A stretch of DNA of 64,000 nucleotides, taken from Tubulanus polymorphus. Its lineage: Eukaryota; Animalia; Nemertea. Position numbers and translations under genes: made by a program. The stretch lies in NCBI RefSeq assembly GCF_964204645.1, contig NC_134025.1, positions 3,410,001 through 3,474,000 of the forward strand, written 5' to 3'. Below, piece after piece: positions 26,180-38,250 of the stretch. The notes under the pieces were generated by a model that saw nothing but the letters and a program-made list of their open reading frames with translations, did no database searches and was not told the DNA's origin. Within the stretch, counting starts at the first letter, position 1, and the number at the start of each line of letters is the position of its first letter.

Positions 26180-29023
26180 ATGATGAATAGAGAATATTGC
26201 GGAGTGCCGCGGCCAGTTTCGGTTCCCGCATCACCAGTCAGCGTAGTTAGTTACCTAATCGTTGGTGGTAAGCTGGGTATATGTGGTTTGTGAAAATATC
26301 CGATCGTAAAACTAAACCACAGCGTTACCCGGCGAAGTGGACGGGCACAACGCACTACTTTAGTCTTGTGGGGAGGGGACCCTCTATACCGCCTTGACCC
26401 AACCCATCCCATATTCAATGTTCCTTCTCCAAGATCTTAGTAGAAATATGTATTGATCATAACTAATCTTCACAATGACGAAATTTCTTTGTTAACATGG
26501 AAACCGGAGAACATTCTTCGAAATACAACGGTTTATTCTCTTTCGAGAAAGTTACGTAAATTGACTATGAATTACTCGACGTGTTTTGGTGAGCAATTTT
26601 CTCGATCATCGGCATCGTAGGCAACATCATCATCTCTAATTCAAACTTATTTATCTATCTTTTTACTTGTAGCTTTGTTGTTTCACTTTGGATTTCTGCG
26701 TGGAATTCAAATGTTAAATGGAACGACAAAGGTAAATGCTGCAGTATTTGCGCCATGTCAGAAACTATTTGTTGGATCGTGTGAAATTTCCATCGAAGAT
26801 AACTCCGATACAGAGGCCACATTGAAGATTTACCTAGAACGCGTTTACCACGCTGTTCATCTGAAATTGAATGGTTTGGAATTTGACCGCGGGCAATTAG
26901 TTTTTAACCCTCGCTGGTGGTCATGGATCGTTCCGAGGGGTAGTTTTATGATGCACATGCCACTTTTGGATTACGATATAATTTCATTAGGGCAGTTATC
27001 CCACCGAATTGGCGCTGTAACAATTTCACTGAGAAGCACACCGTCTGGATGTCACCACCGCTTAGTAGACGCCTGTCTAGAAAATGTCATGGTCGAACTT
27101 CTGAAAAATTACGTCAATTCAATTGATGAAGTTCGAGGAAATGATGGTTTGATCTGTAGAAGTTCTTACACACATAATGTAATTGGCAGTACGGATTGGA
27201 ATGGATTAGGAATGCAGTGTTGTATTGGAGACCAGTCAAACAGTACAACCTGTCCATATTTATCCACTGACCAGTACTACAGGTCATCGGTCGTTCGAAC
27301 ATTGCTTTTCGTATTTGGCCTTTTTCTGCCATTGTTTACCATTTCACTGTTATTAGCTTGGCCAAATATTGGACTTTTAGAAATTCCCAAACACATCGCC
27401 GCAGGTCTGAGCATTGATAGATTTGAAATATATCGCCAAATGGAACTGAAAGGTACTATTGGATTACACCACGGGTCGACAATTCATGTCAGAGATATAG
27501 ATCTGATATCATACGGTGGATCGATGCACTGGGGAATATTTTGGGGTCGCTTACGAAAGATAAACCTTAAAAAGGTTGCATTGACATTAGTTATTACATT
27601 ACAATTTGCCTTTATTGCGATAATTCTAATCATCTACAAGCATCATTTAAGCGCGAACATTTATCTGTTTCGGTCCGGTTTAGAAATTGCGTACAATCTC
27701 AGAAACGTGCCAATAGCTTGGATCCTCACGCCTACCAAATTCTGGCCATTCAAAATTGCGGCTTTCGCCATTTTACATAATATCAGTACAATAATGCTGT
27801 TTACATTTTGGTGGCTGATGGAGGTGAGCTCGGTTCGAGGCGTCGTTTTAAAATTCATTTTCAATATTTACGAGAGACTGTCTAGAAATGGAAGCGAAGA
27901 GTCTAAAGCGGTGATAGAGAGAACTATATGTAGAATAATAACGGCTCTGGTAATCTATACATTACTCGGAAGTTACATTACAATTTACTCGATGTTTCAC
28001 ATGTTGATTTACACACTTTGCGGAATCATCTTACATATCGACATTATCTCGCCGTGGATAATGGGTATCGGTGTTCTTTTATATCACGTTTACGGTATTT
28101 ACTCGAAACTCATCGCCGAGTACATGACCATTAAACGCTTGATATTCTATCACTGTCTGTCGAAAAACGTGAAGATTTATCAAGCATTTCACATATGTAA
28201 ACGAAGAATTCGGAGACACGATCACACAGCGAATCATCTGATTGATTTGGATAAAACGATTTTAGAGTATAACCCGGTTATAGCGGATATGCCAATCGTG
28301 TATGTCACGGGCACCGAAAACACCGGCAAAATTAATTTTTTCATCCATCGAAAATTGTTCAAACAAACATGTAGCATTTATGCGCCTGTAATTGAAAATT
28401 CAACTAAAGCTTCCATCAGATTTCTGTCGACAACGACATTCGTCGGATTAGTCGTATTCTCGATCGTGATAATCAGAGATTTCGACGACAAAAGTGAAAC
28501 TAACATAATCATCACATCTCTGGTGACGCTCTTGACGTCATTGATTCCGAAGATAACTGAAATCATCTTCGGAGACAACGACCAGATGAAACAGCTCGGG
28601 GAGAATCTTTTATCACTGAGAATACAGCGAAAAGTGCAAGCGTGGCGTCCGATTATAATGTGCGCGTCGACTCCTTCTGAATTCGAAAAAAGTTCCGACG
28701 AATACAATAACGAAATCTTAGCAATTCCTGACAACGGTCGCCACAGCGCTCCTCTAGAATATACAGAATCAGGTTCGACTGATCTTGACGATGGTAGATC
28801 GGAATTCTTACCGGACGATAGAGTAAATTTCACTCCGTCTGATCCCAAATTAGAATCTTGTACGGCTGCGTGTCAAACTGCAAGAACTGATTCTTCCAGA
28901 ACCGTATCAGACTCACAATTATTAAAAGTTGACGATATTCACGTTGGTGTCAGTAGAACTAACTTATCATTAATATCAGAACAATCTGACACATCTATTG
29001 ATGGAATAATTTGTAAATTGTAG
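26180..29023 (+). CDS. Uncharacterised multipass membrane protein (~812 aa). Exons 26180-26267 and 26673-29023
   Basis: 782-codon open exon. The upstream exon MMNREYCGVP..VVSYLIVG ends in g|GTAAGC and joins in phase 1 at TTGTAG|CT, giving a signal-like hydrophobic stretch. Then a Cys-containing ectodomain, about 7-8 hydrophobic segments and an acidic Ser/Asp tail. Confidence 0.8.
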
Positions 29024-29072
29024 TTATTTATGTTAAATCTAATCACAATAAAAGGCATTTTACCTTTAATAA

Positions 29073-29402
29073 TTACAGACGGTTTTTGATTTTAGGTAAA
29101 CAGTTATTTCTTTTCCAGATATCCCCTTTATCCCAAATGAATGTTGCTGGCCATCTAGTGAAATGTGGCGGTTCTTTTCTTTTGTAATGAGGAATTCCTT
29201 TTCTGCATAACGTTATATTTCCTATCTGTTTATCTTCTACAAATTGCATGATTTCCAGAATCGTCAGAGGATTTGCTTTTTGATGAATCGGAATTTTCTT
29301 CTTGTTCGCAGATGGGCATGTAACTACATGGGCCCTCAATCCCGAGGCGTAGACATTAACTTTCTGACAGTTTGGAAAACCTGGACATTTCCACTTCATC
29401 AT
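29073..29402 (-). CDS. Small basic orphan protein (~109 aa) with a possible C2HC zinc-binding motif
   Basis: ORF MMKWKCPGFPNCQKVNVYASGLRAHVVTC.. begins just after an acceptor (CTATAG|GTAAAATG); candidate 5' UTR donor at ~29535. Confidence 0.55.
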   Translation of the reverse strand: MMKWKCPGFPNCQKVNVYASGLRAHVVTCPSANKKKIPIHQKANPLTILEIMQFVEDKQIGNITLCRKGIPHYKRKEPPHFTRWPATFIWDKGDIWKRNNCLPKIKNRL

Positions 29403-30264
29403 TTTACCTATAGTAACAAAAGAAAAGAGATGATTCATATGTTAAACCAATTTCTGCAAAGTTCAATTAGAATAATCAGATAGAAACGGCTTAATGTTGA
29501 AAATCATGGTAAAAGAAAACATTTTTTTACAATACCTATCTGACCCGACGGCCACTTTCACTGTGTGATGTGCTTAGTTCCAACTAATGTTTGGAATGAT
29601 TTAAATTCGTATGTGTATACACTAAACTAGAAAACATTTAACTGGTTTACTACCGAGCTATTATTTGGATAATGACCTGGTCATATCAAAAAGCGCTTTA
29701 AACGTATATTTCATTATTCTGTACATTTGATGAGAATTCACTGCACGTGTATATTGTTCAATCTGGGAATATGATGACTTTTTTTCACATGTTAACGCCT
29801 ATATTTCATTCGTGTCTTTAATATATTGTCACGATATGAGGCTTCACGCCGTGGTTCACCGTTTTCCCGTATTTTACTAACGTCAACGAGAATTTTGCAT
29901 TCCTTTTAATTTTCCAAAATCAATTTATTTCCGAAAATGAAATGGGTCTTCGGGCATTTCACGTTGTTGGTGTTACAAACTACAGATAATTTACATTATG
30001 TTTGTACATTATGTTTGGATAAGATATATATTCATATTGATATATTTTGACACTCTAAAAGGATTTCGTTGAAGTATCAAATCAAGTAAGTATATAGCAT
30101 TAAGCATTACTCGCCATTCAAGTAGACACGTCATATTCATCTTAAGATTAGGTGTACATCAGTCTCAAGAGTATTGTAAAATTTTATCTTCAATTGCTAT
30201 TCTAAACATCATTTGTCATTCCTCGTTTAACTAATGGATTATTTTGTCATTTCTCAATTAGCTA

Positions 30265-30534
30265 ATGGATTCTGTGTCACCAAAAGTGGATGTAACCTAT
30301 CGTTCATGTGTGCTACCAGTTTCCGCTTGGCACCGATTTTGGTATCCAGGTGCAAGTGTGGTCCGTTCCAGAACTGAATTGAAAACTCAATTGCAAACCT
30401 CGGAGGAAAGATTTCTCGGGCAAACTAGGAGTTCGTTGGAGCACCATCGTTATTTGGAGCGAGCGTACAAGTATTCATACAAACTCTTATCATTTGGAGA
30501 CTCAACATGGATGATCCATAAAGAGAACGAATAG
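30265..30534 (+). CDS. Small orphan protein (89 aa)
   Basis: ATG 4 nt after a pyrimidine-rich acceptor (TTTCTCAATTAG|CTAATG); upstream donor CAA|GTAAGT at ~30086; coding-like composition compared with the flanks. Confidence 0.45.
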   Translation: MDSVSPKVDVTYRSCVLPVSAWHRFWYPGASVVRSRTELKTQLQTSEERFLGQTRSSLEHHRYLERAYKYSYKLLSFGDSTWMIHKENE

Positions 30535-30594
30535 TCAACTATTGAAATCATAGGTAATAATATCTATGGAGATATTGAAATAATGGGTTTGTTT

Positions 30595-31309
30595 TTATAA
30601 ATGAATAAGTTCTCTTTCTGAGTTAAAGGCAGCGCTGTTTGGACGACCGGTTTTAGGGACTAGATTCATCCAATAATCTCTACCGTGTCTGTAATAAATG
30701 AAAAGAATACAATGAGCTGCTTCTGCGCAATGGATACTGGTAGAAAGTCAGAACTGGCTATCAGTTTACTGTTGACGGTCATGTTCAAATGCATTCTGTG
30801 CGTATCCAGCCGCGAATGGTAAATTATGATATTTTCAAGGAGGTCTAAATCCCCGTTCTTCGTATAACTGTAATAATATCATTATAGTAGAATATTTGTT
30901 ATGTTACCCGAGGATGGAATTCCCAATGGGATCAGAATATTGAAATGCAATGAAACGTGTACAAACCTCTTAACAATAAGTTAATTTTGTGACCCCTGAT
31001 CTTGAGCCACAAATGTGCATCACCGGTACTTACACAGATGGGGACCCGGGCAGGTCGGCCCACTTATATGTCATTATAGTGTGTTAGACCCTGTGTCGTG
31101 AGTAGAATATGTTGCAACATAGAGCTATAGTTCTATGGTTGCAAACAAGTATATAAAACTTACCAGCGTCAGGATGTTCTCTAACGCATTCAGGAGTATG
31201 AATTCCAGCAGTCACATATCCTCTTCTTTCAAGTGTATTTATATAACTACCGTCGCCTAATAATTATACGTTTTGCTAATATTTCCAGTATATTCGGTTT
31301 AGTAGCCAT
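30595..31309 (-). pseudogene. BHMT-like pseudogene (tandem duplicate, internally deleted)
   Basis: Copies of exons 1, 7 and 8 of the neighbouring gene. +1 frameshift in exon 1 (CGT ATA ATT ATT A GGC GAC); TGA replaces GGA in exon 7; exons 2-6 are missing apart from the exon-6 donor (AGAG|GTTTGTACACG). Confidence 0.85.
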
Positions 31310-31389
31310 ATCTCTTGAAAGTAAGGCCAACTACAGGCACTTGAGTATGGGCTTTGACCTTGTTGGTGTTTTAAAAATGATGTAAGTTA

Positions 31390-31893
31390 GGCTACGCCAA
31401 AAGAAAACCCTGCCCGACCGACCCGATATTTCAGTCGTTTCAAATAATCATTTTCGGAATAAAATTGAAATGCCTACCGACCCTTTTTCAAAATATTGGG
31501 TGAAATTACTTTTTTCAAACGTGGCCGGTCGACTACCAAACTGGCGAACTCCATTCTCGTAGATGTTTTCGTCGTCGGCACTCTGAGATCAACTTTATTA
31601 CATCGGATTTAACAATTGATTCTGGAAATGGTGCAGCCATACTCAGACAACTTTGCTTATCGGACATTGATGGCGATCTTGGATCTGTACCAGGATTCTC
31701 CGTGAAAATGGGTCAAAATATGGTTTTTTTTATTAGTTAATTGACATTCCGACTAAAGATTCGGTCCAGTTAAAAGTATTTACGGCGACCTACCCCATTT
31801 TCAAAAGTACCCCATTTTTTTCTATAAAAAAAAAAATCCCTACCTACCCATTTTGGTGATTGCCCCGCCCGAAAAACAGATTTTTGTGTGGTC
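31390..31893. mobile_element. Degenerate MITE (Harbinger-like) upstream of the pseudogene
   Basis: TTA flanks; imperfect TIRs GGCTACGCCAAAA / TTTTTGTGTGGTC; internal CCGACCGACC and CCTACCC repeats. Confidence 0.5.
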
Positions 31894-32512
31894 TTATCGT
31901 AATCTATTACAATAAAAACTCCACCGGGTCGCCATGCAACTGATTTACCCATAATCCAATTTGCGCCCCTGCGTCATGGGTACTAAATCGGAGATATCCT
32001 CAACCGTTTTCGTTCAATGCATGATGAAGTCTCTGTCAAATCCAGGGAAGCTGTTAAAATTCAAATTAGAGTTGACATACTGTCTCTTCACATCAATGTA
32101 ATCTGTTAGATTAACTGTATGGTTCGTTTTATGTACCGTCATGTCTTGATATTAGTACGGTATTTCACTGCGTAAATATGGCGACGTTGAGAAAAAGATC
32201 GTATGGAGCAACCTTGGAGTAATCATTTGAATGATTACTCCAAGGGTTAACAACTACCCAGTGCCCGGCGGCATCTTGGAAATCAAATCGCCAAATCGCT
32301 CGCCGAGCGAGTTGGGTCAATCGCAAAATTCGATCGGAAAATCGTGTTCGTAAAATAAAAACGCCGCTAGTAAGTCCAAAGGTTTCACAAAAGGTGTTGA
32401 GAGTTTGTGCCAAGTTGAAGATTTGGAGACATTCTGCTTGGATTTGAATGTATAATTTGATTTTTATTTGGAATATTGACTTAACGCGATTAAATGAACA
32501 TTTTTTCTGTTT

Positions 32513-34552
32513 TCATAAATGAATAAGTTCTTTTTCTGAGTTGAGAGCAAGGCTGTTTGGACGACCAGTTTTGGGGATGAGATTCATCCAAAAATCTCTA
32601 CCGTGTCTACAATAAATAAAGATAAAAACAACACTGAAGTGAGAGGTTCATAAACTGGGTGAAATTGACGTCGAATGAGCGGTCAGTTTAATACTTGGAA
32701 CGCGAGAGTGGAAATGAACTACGTGAATATCCTTCCGCGAATGGTAGATTATGATCTTTTCCAGGAGGTCTGAATCCGCGTTCCTCACATAACTATAATA
32801 ATATCATAATAGAATATTCAAAGTAATCCGATGAATTCATAAACAGGGTTTAAGCTCAACCCCGATCGTGTCTAACTAAAAGTAAATTGATCTAAATCAT
32901 TGCAATAGAACTAACACTAGTAAATGTAATTAGCAGGGGCGGATCTAGGGGGGGTGTCTTGGTCCAATTTTTTGGACCAAGGTTTACCATCAATAGTTTT
33001 TTCAACGAGTGAATTGACCGAAAGCATCCCCTAAAATGTTGTAGAAGTATCCGGAGTACGTGGTGTTTCGTAAAAAGTGCCCTTTTTCTCATTGGACACC
33101 CCCCCCCCCATGGAAAATCCTAGATCCGCCCCTGAATCGGATAAAACGCGATAAAACGTGTACAAACCTCTTCGGCCATTTCACGAATATGATAACTCTC
33201 GAAACCACAACATCCTCCGATATATCTCACTCCGAGTTCATAAGCTTTACGGGCATAATCTCTACATTCCCAACGAGTAAGAACGCGCGGTTCCATCGCT
33301 GAAAATAAAAAAAACCCCATCAAATCAGATGATATTATTACCTGTTCTAATATCGTTGATTCATATGTACTTTCAGCTCACCTAGCAAGAACTCGGGTAG
33401 ATGCGAATATCCTTCAACTAAATACTCAGTATCAGGAGATAAGAATCCGATTGGTTGCATTATTAGAAATGGAGATAAACCAGCTTCTTTCAGAGCATCT
33501 TTCATCAATTTCATCGTTTTCAGTTGCGCGTTATAATCAAACTGACAATTTAAACCCACAATATCAGCTCCTGGGTGATTGAAAACAAACGCTTATTTCT
33601 TACAGATCTTGGATGATATTGATACATGAAACATGTTTGAAAAATAACGCAACGAATGCAGTGGGGGAAACTTATTCACGATGAAGGCATGATTCCAAAC
33701 CTCGTTTAGCCATTCTAACTGCACACTCTCCTGCACTGATTCCATCAATACAACCAACTGAACCTATTCTCATCGTACACGCTATTGGCTTGTTGTATTT
33801 CTTCATCACATCAATCGCCCATTCCATCTCTTCGATTGAAGCGAAAAACTAAATTTAAAATACATTGTTCAGTTACAAATTGTTCATAATGGAAAACTTA
33901 AAATTAAAACATATTCGTATTGAATAACGTTTTGGTTTAATAAACCTCCGCTATGAAGAAATCGACATCCTTTTCTTTGAACACTTCGCATTGCTTTTCG
34001 AATTCTGCTTGGACTGCTGCCTTCCCTTTCCCAGCTGTGTAGGTCGGTGTAGGCGACACACCTCCGCAAACTAGCAGATTGTATGATTTGGCAACGTCAA
34101 GCGCAAGATCGCATCCTGCATGATTTATATCTGCTCCCTAGTAGAACAATATTATAGAAAACATTTGATACTGATAAACTTAAAGAATTCATTAATTCTG
34201 AAGGACCCAGAATATATTACATCGTATTGTTTGGCCGTGTCACTCAATTGAAGTTTTCCATCCGTCGCATGAAAAGTGAATGCTTGAATTACATCAGCTC
34301 CAGCTCGAGCAAATTCTTTATGTAAACCACTTACTGAAAATCAGAAATCGTTTCTTTATCAATAATCCGAAGTCGATTATCTCAACCTGTTATCGTTAAA
34401 TACCTACCAGCATCGGGATGTTCTAGAACACATTCAGGAGTATGCAATCCACCAGTCACATATCCCCTTTTTTCTAATGTATGTACATAACTACCGTCTC
34501 CAATTACGGGGCGTTTCGCCAATATCTCTAGTAAGTTCGGTTTAGTGGTCAT
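32513..34552 (-). CDS. BHMT: Betaine-homocysteine S-methyltransferase-like protein (8 exons)
   Basis: [57 protein letters not shown], Zn-ligand motifs GLNCQFD and [14 protein letters not shown], and a C-terminal [17 protein letters not shown]. Confidence 0.9.
32934..33134. mobile_element. hAT-like MITE in a BHMT intron
   Basis: 16-bp TIRs CAGGGGCGGATCTAGG / CCTAGATCCGCCCCTG with adjacent G and C runs; TSD not clean. Confidence 0.8.
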
Positions 34553-35177
34553 TTCCAGTGTTGACTGTTACAATATGGGGAAACAATTGGTCTTCACTTC
34601 TTCACCGTTGTTTTCTGTTATCTCATAAGATAACACCGTGGTCTCGTGAACTCTACGTGAATCACAAGTTTGGGATGAAATCGATTGGTCATCAGCACGA
34701 ACATTGTCTTGGACTTAAGTGAGGGTTGATCTATCTGAGATCGTTATGCATAATGATAAGATATATATCGAGTAATACTACTTATCAGTGTAATCAAAGA
34801 ACATTGTCGTTGTCAGCGAGAATGCACCTATCGAAGCAACCTTGCGAACACGCAAATAATATCTCTGAACATGAAAACGAAAATGAATTATCCATACGCC
34901 GAAACAGCCAATATTAACTGTTGAAATTCAAATTTTCTATTTTTGTTATGGGATGAACAATAAGACACAGCTAAGCAGGAAAAACCTTTTGGATTAGACA
35001 CTCTTGTTTTGGCGCGCTGCTGTCCGTTCCTCTCTGTGCGGGGTGATTTTACGCACCGCCACCAAAACATGGATTATGAATACCTAAAAAGTTTCTGGAA
35101 GCCAAAATTTTGGTTTGATTAATACATCGATGTTAGAAATAACTAGATTACATCGTTTTTGTTTAAATTATCATTTT

Positions 35178-38100
35178 TTATTTATAAAGATCACTTTTTA
35201 CAATATCACTGGCCCTTTCAGCCATAGCTACGATAGGAGCGTTTAGATTTCCGGTAGGTATTTGCGGCATGATCGATGCATCCACGATTCTTAATCCTCG
35301 GATCCCTTTAACTCTGAAATGGAAAAGAAAAAGGTACAAATACACCTAGGTTGAAAATCTTAAATCGCACGTAGCAAGACTGGATCAATCGATTCATTCG
35401 GCGTAGGAAAATTAATGCACCTTAGTTTAGGGTCGACTACGGTGTCGTTTCTTCGATGGTCACCCATTCTGCATGTACCGCATGAATGATACACAGTCGT
35501 CGCTATATTGGTGACGAGGCACGCAAAATATTCATCACTGGCGGTTTGTGTATGTTCACATCCCTCGTACACGGGTAAATGCGGTTTAACGTCCATAGCT
35601 TGAAAAGCCTTACTCGAGTTGATTATATCTATTGTCATTTTTATTCCTGAAAATAATATATTCATTTTGAAAGCGGTCAGTTCGTAGTAAGTTTAAAATC
35701 TCTAGAAAGAATCTGAATTCTGTGGTGCCCTGGGAAAAGAAATCGGACGACTTCTCGTATTGAAAAAAAAAAGATTTTATCTATGACGCTGTTTAAAAAA
35801 TCTAATACATTTTTATCATAATCTCTTAATGTCAGAGCCTGCATCACGGACACATATATATATAGTACGCCGCCAAATAAGGGTTCACACCCATCAGTAA
35901 CGTCATATTCCGTCATACGGACCAGTCAATATGACGTAAGGAAACGTGACGCTGGAGGTGTTATTCGTGATACTTTATTTTATAAATTTGAAATCTGGAG
36001 TCATCCACGCGCCTGTCCTGTGCCTCAAGACCACCGAATTATGTCGCATTATCTTTGATCGCAAATAGGCTCCTCACCTTCAACAAGTCGGTTTACATCG
36101 TGCCCCGACGATAGAATATTCGGGTCTATTAACACGTCATCCTCAGGTAGATTAGACTGTAATTTAATCGTTCCTCGCGACGCTATACCGCTCACTAACG
36201 TCACTGCGATTATAAAACCTTCTTGGTCTGTGTCGTGATTTGGTGGAATGAATTTTGCCCATGCGTCTTCTTTGTAATTGGATAAAGTTTTAACTGCATC
36301 ATTCGCGATGGAACCAACCCCTATTGATTGTAGCTCGATATCGGGAATGTCGGTCTCCGCCGTTTGATATTTCGTTTTTATAAAGCCTATACCATTAAAG
36401 CCAGACGCCCCACTGAGATAACCTATAAAAATAACAAAAGAACACTTCAGAATTATGATTGACGATTCAAGTGACCGTTTTACCCCGACACGACAGAACG
36501 CTTAAACATTTATATTCACCTTTTCCTTGAAAAACGTATTTAACAATTTGTCGCAGTGACTTGAGTTTTGATTCGGTGATACTAACGGTTTTCCCGATCG
36601 AGAAATATATGCCAACAAATGGATGATCCTGTAGATTGTGACCAACTGGTAGATCGGATATACTCTCGATCTGAAAAATACGAACGCATATATGACCCGG
36701 TCTAAAACTATAAAGACTGAATAAATCACGCATTGGTTTCCTTACGTTATGAGATTCTAAATGTTTACGAGGTCCAATTCCTGATAACATCATTATCTTA
36801 GAAGTAGCGATTGCTCCAGCTGATAGTAACACCTCCCCTCCTGGCTTGACAAATAATTTCCTTCCATCACTCAATTGGACTCCTGTGGCAATTTGCTTCG
36901 AGTCTCCACTCAGTCGAACCAGAACCTGAAGAAAAATTTTTAAAACCATTTGAGGTTTCGCACACAGAACAGCAAGACACAAAAACAATTCTTTTCATTT
37001 GGAAATGAGTGGATTTTGAAAATTGAATGAGTCTTATTCATTCCGTCTTGTTGGCCTATTGATTCCGACTGATTACTCCGAGATGACTATGGCTTTACCT
37101 TGTCAACATGTGTACTGCTCAGGAGTTTTAAGTTCTCTCTATTGAGGGCAGGTTTCATGTAAGCGTCGTATGTGCTCCATCTCATACCTCTATATGTCGT
37201 AGCTGTAAAACGAAAAAATACGAAATTCTATTAACTCATCAACCATGTCGCATTCACTACTGGGCTATTTGGGTTACCTTGAGCGCTGGTAAATCCGATT
37301 TGAGATCGTCCGTTTACATCCGTTAACGGAAAACCAGCTTCCGTGCCAGCTTTTAAAAACGCCTCGGTAAGTTCATCGAGTGTATCGACATCGCTCACTT
37401 GCAGAGGTCCATCAAAACCATGAAATCCTAAACACATAATGATGCGTACACATATTGAATTTTAATTTACCTATTACACTACAAGCAATGTGAGTTAGTT
37501 ATTCCATTTATACCTGGATCGAGAAGTTTAAGTCTCCCCTTATTATTTTCTGATTTGATGAAGTATTTCAATAGGTTGCTGTAGTTCCACCCGGAAGCAC
37601 CGTAAGTTTGTTCCCAATTGTTGTAATCAGCTCGATTACCCCTCACGTATAACATCGCGTTTATCGTACTAGTACCTCCGACAGCTTTTCCAGCCGGTAT
37701 GGTGAATTGCTGAAATTAATCACCAACAGTGAAATTCTAATTAAATCTATCAAATAGCTTTTTTGTTCACCTGACGGAATAAAATCTAATCATACCTTAT
37801 TTTTTAGACTTCTACAGGCGTATTTTTGCGGCGTTGATATATACGACCAATCGATGGAGGATTTTTGTAATAACGGTGTCGCAATCGGAATTGATGATAG
37901 AAGTCCTGTCCACCCAGAGGGCACATCTCCGGCTTCTATCAATGCGATGTTTAATGTATTATTCTCCGAAAGTCTATTCGCCAGTACGGTGCCACTTGTT
38001 CCAGCGCCAACTGAATATTCAAAATTAGTTCTTAAACATTGAACAATAAGAACAAATGGCAAACCCGATATTCGATCAACTATCATGTATTACCTAAACT

Positions 38101-38250
38101 AAACCAGTTAATTCTTTCCAATAAATATTTTTGAATCGATAACTCACCGATAATGATATCGTATTTGATGTCTTCAGATGGTTTTGGACGGCAGAAAATT
38201 GCAATAATAACTCCTGTAAAAACGGCGAATATCACGAAATTAGAGATCAT
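35178..38250 (-). CDS. GMC (glucose-methanol-choline) FAD oxidoreductase with N-terminal signal/anchor (~10 exons)
   Basis: [25 protein letters not shown]|[16 protein letters not shown] (Rossmann), [61 protein letters not shown] and DASIMP..GNLNAP (His/Asn catalytic pair). Confidence 0.92.

Noticed and set aside
26095-26410. GC-rich ~315-nt minus-strand stretch starting GGGATG and ending in a T-run, considered as 7SK, RNase P/MRP or telomerase RNA
   Set aside because: Diagnostic motifs are absent (paired GATC stems, CR-I/CR-V, CTAACCCT template). It is better explained as the promoter and first coding exon of the membrane-protein gene.
27114-28848. Antisense ORFs up to 156 aa
   Set aside because: Shadow frames of the long plus-strand coding exon.
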